From contig NC_043009.1 of the NCBI RefSeq assembly GCF_006345805.1, forward strand, positions 29,140,001-29,204,000: a DNA stretch of 64,000 nucleotides, given 5' to 3'. Each line of letters begins with the position of its first letter. Within the stretch, counting starts at the first letter, position 1. A model generated the notes under the pieces. The model saw nothing but the letters and a program-made list of their open reading frames with translations, searched no databases and was not told the DNA's origin. This DNA is from Octopus sinensis. Taxonomy: Eukaryota. This document shows positions 56,934-64,000 of this stretch, piece by piece. The position numbers and the translations under genes were made by a program.

Positions 56934-58820
56934 CGTGATTTCTGCAGAAAATTACGCCTCACAGAAGCACTTCACAACTACACCAGCGAAAATGACTCAA
57001 TAGTAAAAAACAAAAGCGAATATTGTCCTACAAAAGGCAGAAATGAAGCACTTGATGCTTTTTGTGAACACATTAGCAATTTTCCTTTTAATACCCTACA
57101 AAAACAACGAATTAAATCCAACCTTACTGTAAATGAATGGAAAGACCTAATCGAGTTTAAAAATGATATAAACCTCACCATTAAAGAAGCTGACAAAGGA
57201 AATGTGGTAGTGGTGATGGACACAGAGTACTACAAAAATTTAACACTCTCTATGTTGGAAAATAACATTTACTATGAGAAGATAAAACAATGCAACCCAC
57301 AGAAGACACTTAAAAACTTATCCTCCTAACTTCAAACACATGGAAAAGGTCTCACTCAGCATGAAATAGACTATTTATCCAATTTTGAATACAGACCTAA
57401 TATATTCTATGGATTACCTAAAATATACAAAAATCTTCATATTTGTAAAGCTTGCAAAGTTTCTCCTAGCCTATGCATTAATGTTCCTCCCCCTACTGAC
57501 CTCAAACTGAGACCCATCATCGCAGGCCCTGCTTGTGAAACCTGCCGTTTAAGCAACTCCTTCAACATCTTACTCAAACTGTTTCTAAAACATGTGAAAA
57601 GCTTTATCAGGGATGACTTAGACATGCTCAACCACCTCCTGAAGATAATAAATGAAGGAACCCTGTTAGTATCATTCGATGTGGTGCATTTGTACACCAA
57701 TATCGCACATGACTATGGTTTAGAAGCAATTACCTTCTGGCTAGAAAAATACCCAGAAGAGATCCCAGGACACATCAACCACAGATTCCTAATCGCAGTA
57801 CTCAGATTCATCCTACTGAACAACTATTTCATATTTGATACAGTTTACTATCAACAAAAATGTGGAATTGCAATGGGAACCCAAGCTGCTCCAGAGATTG
57901 CGAACCTTGTAATGGGTTACCTAGAATTAAAAATATACCAATCATCACTACAAATATATGGCATCTCATTTCATTGCTTTTTAAAGGAGAACTGCAAGAG
58001 GTATTTGGACGATTGCTTTATACTTTGGAAAAACAGCATGGACAAACTCCCCGATTTCATAATAATGCTTAACAATATTAACAGCAACATACAATTCACC
58101 ATGGAGTACAGTAATAAACAACTCTCTTTTCTTGACATCCCAATTAAAATAGTCAATAACCACATCGAAACAGATATCTTCTATAAACCCACAGATTCTA
58201 AACAATACCTATTATTCTACTCATGCCATCCCAAACACATAGAAATTTATATACTTTATAATCTAGTGAAAAGAATCTGTACCATAGTTTTGGACACCTA
58301 TAGTCGAGAACGAAGACTCCTTGAACTCAGATCAATATTAATCAAAAGACATTACCCAATATCATTAATAAATGATGGCATTAAACGAGCTACGGAAATA
58401 GATATACGAATATTAAGGAAAGTCAACCGAAATACTATACCAGACTATAAAATACTCCCATACATCTCCACACATAACCCTAGAAACAATGAAGCCTTCA
58501 ACATAATCATCCAAAATTTACTCAACCTCACAGGAGATAAAACAGTGAAAAAAATTATCAAAAGCAAATTGCAACCTAAATCATTGAAAAAAATATTAAC
58601 CAGCGCAAGACTATATCCATTAACAACGGAACCAAAAGGGAAAAAATGTGGTTGACCTAACTGTGGTACATGCCCCCACCTTTTGAAGGATTCAGTGCTC
58701 CACTTTAAACAAGATGAAATATTTAAGATTAAATCAAATTTCACTTGTGCCTCAGAAAATCTAATCTATGCCATTACATGCTTAGGGTGTGGTAATCATT
58801 ATATTGGCCTAACAGGCCAA
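56934..58820 (+). mobile_element. Penelope-like retroelement (Neptune-type) ORF remnant: N-terminal DKG region, reverse transcriptase, Cys-rich linker and start of GIY-YIG endonuclease; two in-frame stops, truncated at both ends
   Basis: ORFs 56895, 57594 and 58683 share one frame, broken by TAA 57327-57329 and TGA 58653-58655. Motifs: KEADKG, YGLPKIYK, LRPIIAGP, LVSFDVVHLYTNI, GIAMGT, RYLDD, DIFYKPT, SCHP, CG*PNCGTC, LIYAITCLGC..YIG. Both ends abut (TA)n. Confidence 0.93.
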
Positions 58821-58860
58821 TATATATATATATACACACACACACACTTACACACACACA

Positions 58861-58916
<56 letters not shown>

Positions 58917-59097
58917 TTATACTGTTTTGTTCTCACTGTCCTGTTTTGTCACCGTGTTTACCATCCACAAATCTCAAATTTTTTAAATTTGCTTTGCAGG
59001 AATGACTTTTGATATCATGTACCCATATATGCATGTATATATACATATGTATGTAGGTATGTACATATATGTATGTATATATGCATATATATATATA

Positions 59098-59128
<31 letters not shown>

Positions 59129-59950
59129 TATAAACATATATATGTACACACACAATATATATATATATAAACATATATATGTACACACACACATATATAT
59201 ATATACACACACACACACACATATATATATGCATATACATGAGAGGGTGTGTATGTGTATTTATAAATACATGTACATATATATGTATATGTATATCTAC
59301 ATATATGGAGATGTATATACATATACATATATGTTTACATATGTGTGGGAGTGTGAATGTGTATGTAGGTATACTCACACGTATTTGAATATACAACACA
59401 CGCACATACTGACATTTCTATGTATAAAACTGAAATATAATTAACTGCCCTGAACTGTTGGCACATAAGAATATATTACACCCTCTTCCACACACATATA
59501 CACATACACGCACACACATGCCAACCCCCCACCCACATTTATATATATATATTATGTAAAGTTTATATTCCTAGGCAATTTAATCCAGTGTTTGGGATTT
59601 CATTAGCAACAGAGTACTTTCTTCAACGGCCCATGGAGACCCTACTTATGAACCTGCTATTACTAAGGACTTAAGTGAAATTGGATAGAATGATTTGCAT
59701 CTCTAACATATTCCTGGCAGCTTGTGTGATTAATAAATTACTGATGTGCTAACAGTGAATGGCTTCAGTGTTATATTAGCTAACAGAATATATCTATTAA
59801 CTTGTAATTTAGTTCACACGAGCACTCACACACAACAACTCACTCACAGACACAAACACACATATACACATATATATTTATATGAGTGTGCGTGCATCTG
59901 TGTATGTGTATGTGTTTCTATTAACGGATGTAAACAGATGTAAACACCAA

Positions 59951-59959
59951 GATCTATCT

Positions 59960-60023
<64 letters not shown>

Positions 60024-60071
60024 CCTATCTATATCTGTCTGTCTATCTATCTGTCTATCTATCTGTCTGTA

Positions 60072-60133
<62 letters not shown>

Positions 60134-60181
60134 CCTATCTATATCTGTCTGTCTATCTATCTGTCTATCTATCTGTCTGTA

Positions 60182-60255
<74 letters not shown>

Positions 60256-60303
60256 CCTATCTATATCTGTCTGTCTATCTATCTGTCTATCTATCTGTCT
60301 GTA

Positions 60304-60397
<94 letters not shown>

Positions 60398-60445
60398 CCT
60401 ATCTATATCTGTCTGTCTATCTATCTGTCTATCTATCTGTCTGTA

Positions 60446-60507
<62 letters not shown>

Positions 60508-60520
60508 CCTATCTATTTAG
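59951..60520. repeat. (TATC)n array with higher-order units marked by CTACCTATCTATATCTGTCTGTC
   Basis: The marker block recurs 4-5 times at ~110-140 bp spacing. Confidence 0.93.
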
Positions 60521-61144
60521 CTATCTATTCATCTGTTTATTTATATTATTATGTATGTCTCTCTCTCGCTCTCCATATATAATATATATACATATATAAT
60601 ATATATACATACATACATATATATATACACACACACATATATATATACATATATACGAATATATAAACCCATGAATGAGAAACTGCAGGCCCTCCTGTAT
60701 AGGTTAACAGAGTGACTATATCATTATCAATAAAAAGTGGCCTCCTGTAAGAAAGAAGTCCTGTCATACTATTCCTTTCAATCTTTTCTGATGACTGCCA
60801 GAGTTAACTCAACTCCTGATCGGAATCTGATTGGTAAATTGACTCATACCTCCCTTATACTTCATTCTTCCTCCATTTAGATCAGATCTTATAATATTGA
60901 TAAAGGTCCAATGATTCTATTATTATTTATTGCAGTATCCAATGTTTATCTTGGACATAATGTTTTGGCAGCTTTTGGGGGCAGTCATAATTTTGCCTGG
61001 ATTGCTCGACTATTTTCAAGAATCAGATTTGTCTGCCAATTATATATGTCTAACATACACTTGTCACTCTTCCTATTCTTTTATTCTTTTAATGGTTTCA
61101 GTTGTAGGACTGCGCCCATGCTGGAGCACTGCCTTAACTTATTT

Positions 61145-61400
61145 TGCTATCAGTATTGTTGTCATTTTTTGGCCGGGTGTTCTGCGATTAATTCTGTCAC
61201 AGCTGACTTTCCCCGAGTGTATTCTTCAATGGTTGCTGCTCCAGGATCGTTTATCCAATGTTTTTTCTTTTTTATGTCTCAGAAGAGGTTCCTTTTATAT
61301 TTCTGATTTCTTTAGGTTGGCAGTTGAACAGTTGAGGACGTCTAAATATCAAACTGGTACAATAGAACTGGTACATAGAGATGAGATTCCAGAACCTAAA
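61145..61400 (-). mobile_element. Degenerate CR1/Jockey-like LINE 3' end
   Basis: Minus-strand RPQLFNCQPKEIRNIKG resembles the LFNxLPxxIR C-terminal motif. Confidence 0.45.
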
Positions 61401-61419
61401 TAGAAGAGAAAGCAAATAC

Positions 61420-61841
61420 ATACAGTTCTATATTTAAGAGATGAGGAATTATGTATATTATTTACAATATTTACATTATTTACCATTGACGGATATTTGT
61501 CCTCATCTTGTTTGTTGTACACACAAAGTTTTGGCTAATATATACCCTCTAGCCTTCATCAGGTGTCGTGGGGAAATTTCTAACCTGGGTTCTCATTCCT
61601 AAGGTAGTGGTTAAGAGCGCGGGCTTCTAACCCCAAGTTTCCGGGTTCAATTCCAGGCAGTGACCTAAATAACAACAACAACAACAACAACAACAACAGT
61701 ATCAAAAAATAACTTAGGAATGAGAACCCAGGTTCGAAATTTCCCCAAGACACCCGATGAAGGCTGGAGGGTATATTAGCCGAAACGTTGTGTTAACAAC
61801 AAAGAAGATGAGGATAAATATCCATCAAATGTATATAATGT
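61420..61841 (+). mobile_element. Non-autonomous PLE-type hammerhead element, insertion 3: inverted 3' unit, tRNA-like head, (AAC)n, forward unit
   Basis: Inverted copy 61421-61606 (HHR 61521-61567, mutated). Head 61605-61665. Forward HHR 61749-61794 (CTGA>CCGA). 11-bp TSD AAAGCAAATAC at 61409-61419 and 61842-61852. Confidence 0.87.
61605..61665 (+). pseudogene. tRNA-derived segment (Pol III A/B-box-like) forming the head of the hammerhead element; 5' truncated by the inversion junction
   Basis: TAGTGGTTAAGAGC (D-arm/A box), GGG-CTTCTAA-CCC (anticodon arm, reads TCT in this copy), CCGGG-TTCAATT-CCAGG (T-arm/B box), then CAGTGACC. Confidence 0.75.
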
Positions 61842-62967
61842 AAAGCAAATACCTATCACAAAACAACAGTTGATATCATTGAGCTGATGCGCAAATAAAG
61901 AAAATTTCTTTTACTTGTTTCTGCCATTAGACTGTAGCCATGCTGGTGCATCACCTTCAAGAAATTTTAGTCAAATGAATCAACTCCAGTGTTTATGCTT
62001 TTTAAAGCCTCATACCTATTCTATTAGTCACCTTTGTCAAACCAAAAGTTATGGGGATGTAAACACACCAACAATGGTTGTGAAGAGGGACAAACACAAA
62101 CAAAAGCACACACACACACATAAATATACATGACAGGCTTCCTTCAGTTTCCACCTATCAAATCTATACACAAGGTTTTGATCAGTCTAAGGCTCTAATG
62201 GAAGATACCTGCTTAAAGTGGTGTGCTGTAGGAGTAAGAGTAGGACTGAACCTGGAAGCGTGTGGTTGGGAAGCAAGCTTCTTACCACACAGCCATGCCT
62301 GAACTATAATGCTTCAAGTATAGTCCTTTGTCAGGAACGAAAAGAAAATCTAGGAGAGACAAGAAAGAGAAAGAAGAAAAAAGAAAGCAAGGGAAAAAAT
62401 GCATGTGGGTTTGAACCCAGGTACTTTCTCTTTCTCTTCTTTATCTGTAAGACTATTTCCAGTACAAGGCTATCAACTTCATATCGTTTTGTCCAATAAT
62501 TTGTCATAGTCCTTTTTTAGTTCTTCTACCCATACAACTAATTTGTTTTGCTTCAGATTTTGCCCTCTTATAAACCCCCATTAGCTTTCAACTTATCTTC
62601 CTGAAAAGGTGGAGGTCTTTTACAGAGATTTAACCATTTCCATTGAAACTGAAAAAGACTGACTTCAAGTCTCTGACAAAAGATCTGTTTAGCATTTGGT
62701 GTTTATAATAAACAGATTTGTATTTTAGTTCTTCAGCTGTGGAGGTGAGTTATTGTTTCAGCTGATGTAGTGATGTAGTTTAGGGTTTCAATTCCTGAAT
62801 GTTCTGACTGGTTTTCTAATTTCTGTTTTAAATATTTCCGATGTTTTGCAAAAGATTTTGTCTGTTTTAGATTTTGCATCTACAAGATTCTGTGAATTTT
62901 ATTTTTTAAGCTACACATCAACCCTGGCTTAAGATGTTTGCCAGCGTTTTGCTTGTGAAGCTTCAGT

Positions 62968-63027
62968 TCCCTCTGATGAGTTAACAATGTGGTTTGTTAT
63001 GGGTTGTTAACACACGTATCAAGAGGC
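62968..63027 (+). ncRNA. Decayed hammerhead motif (GAA of the core missing)
   Basis: CTGATGA, then a perfect 8-bp stem II GTTAACAA/TTGTTAAC, then ACACGTATC (near-palindrome) and AAGAGG. Confidence 0.4.
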
Positions 63028-63305
63028 TGACATGTTTGTGTGTGTGTGTGTGGTGTGTGTGTGTGTGTGTGGTGTGTGTGTATGCGTGTGTGTTCGTGTG
63101 TGTGTAAGTATGCATGTATATTGATATGTATGTGTATATATGTATATATGCATTTGTATATATATATATATATGTTTATATATGTGTGTATGTAAATGTA
63201 TATACATATATGCATGTATGTATATATATGGATGTATAAGGTACATGCATCTGCATGCATGAGTGCATGCAAGTATATGTATATATATGTTAGTGTGTGT
63301 GCATG

Positions 63306-63339
<34 letters not shown>

Positions 63340-63477
63340 TATATATACATGTATATACATATATATATACACATATACACACCACACACATATATATATA
63401 TGTATGTGTATATATATATAATATATATATATATAATATATATATATATATAATATATATATATATATCTACATATG

Positions 63478-63519
<42 letters not shown>

Positions 63520-64000
63520 ATGTATATATATTTATATATCTATATATATATAATATGTGTATATGCATATTTGTATGTGTGTGCATATATGTATATATAT
63601 CAGGAAAGACAGAGAAAGAGAGATACAGAAAGATAGAGAAAAATAGAGAGGTTGCTTCTAAGATGTTTGCTGAGTTAAATACTCCATCACCTCAAGTCTT
63701 GGAATCAAATCATAGAACAGAAATGGATGAAAGATTTTACCAAACTGAAATAACTCTAAAGACAGACATGGTGAACTAAAACAAACAGGTTCCAGAACCA
63801 TGATTCTTTGAAATCTTTCAAACAGCAAAATCAACAAGAGAACCTGTGCATGGCTGCAGGATCTTCTAGAAACAGCAGTCAAATCTTACTCAAATCAAAC
63901 TCTATTGTCTTCAAGCAAGTGTATAGTACACATTGTGGACTTAAGCACACTGTGTCTGATAAAAATGGCACCTCCTGACCGGCCCCTGTGCTGGTGGCAT

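Noticed and set aside
60911-61403. 131-aa and 157-aa plus-strand ORFs
   Set aside because: They run across a SINE B fragment and are antisense to a decayed LINE end; no recognisable domain.
61605-61665. Functional tRNA-Arg(TCT) gene
   Set aside because: The 5' acceptor strand is missing, the stems are mismatched, and it lies inside a TSD-bounded mobile element.

Overview
This is AT-rich eukaryotic intergenic or intronic DNA dominated by microsatellites (TA, CA, TAA, GAT, TATC, AAG) and retroposons. The repeat complement resembles that of an octopus (coleoid cephalopod), from recall rather than a search. I find no supportable host protein-coding exon, and almost all ORF-track entries are microsatellite translations. 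Real coding remnants are all from transposons: a Neptune-type Penelope-like element (PLE; RT + GIY-YIG, 56934-58820), several R4/Dong-type RLE LINE 3' ends sitting in microsatellites, and RTE and CR1-like fragments. There are also three tRNA-derived SINE families and several MITEs. The most notable signal is hammerhead ribozymes (HHR), about 12 intact or decayed motifs from roughly six sequence families. One family is a short non-coding element made of a tRNA-like head, an (AAT/AAC)n linker and a minimal PLE-type HHR unit. It occurs as three independent insertions (18.5, 39.5-40.8 and 61.4 kb), each with an inverted 3'-end copy in front and an 11-12 bp target-site duplication (TSD). It is a candidate SINE/retrozyme hybrid mobilised by a PLE. 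A separate complete type I HHR lies at 11812-11880, and a Dong-type LINE carries a 343-bp fold-back inverted duplication at 9762-10527.
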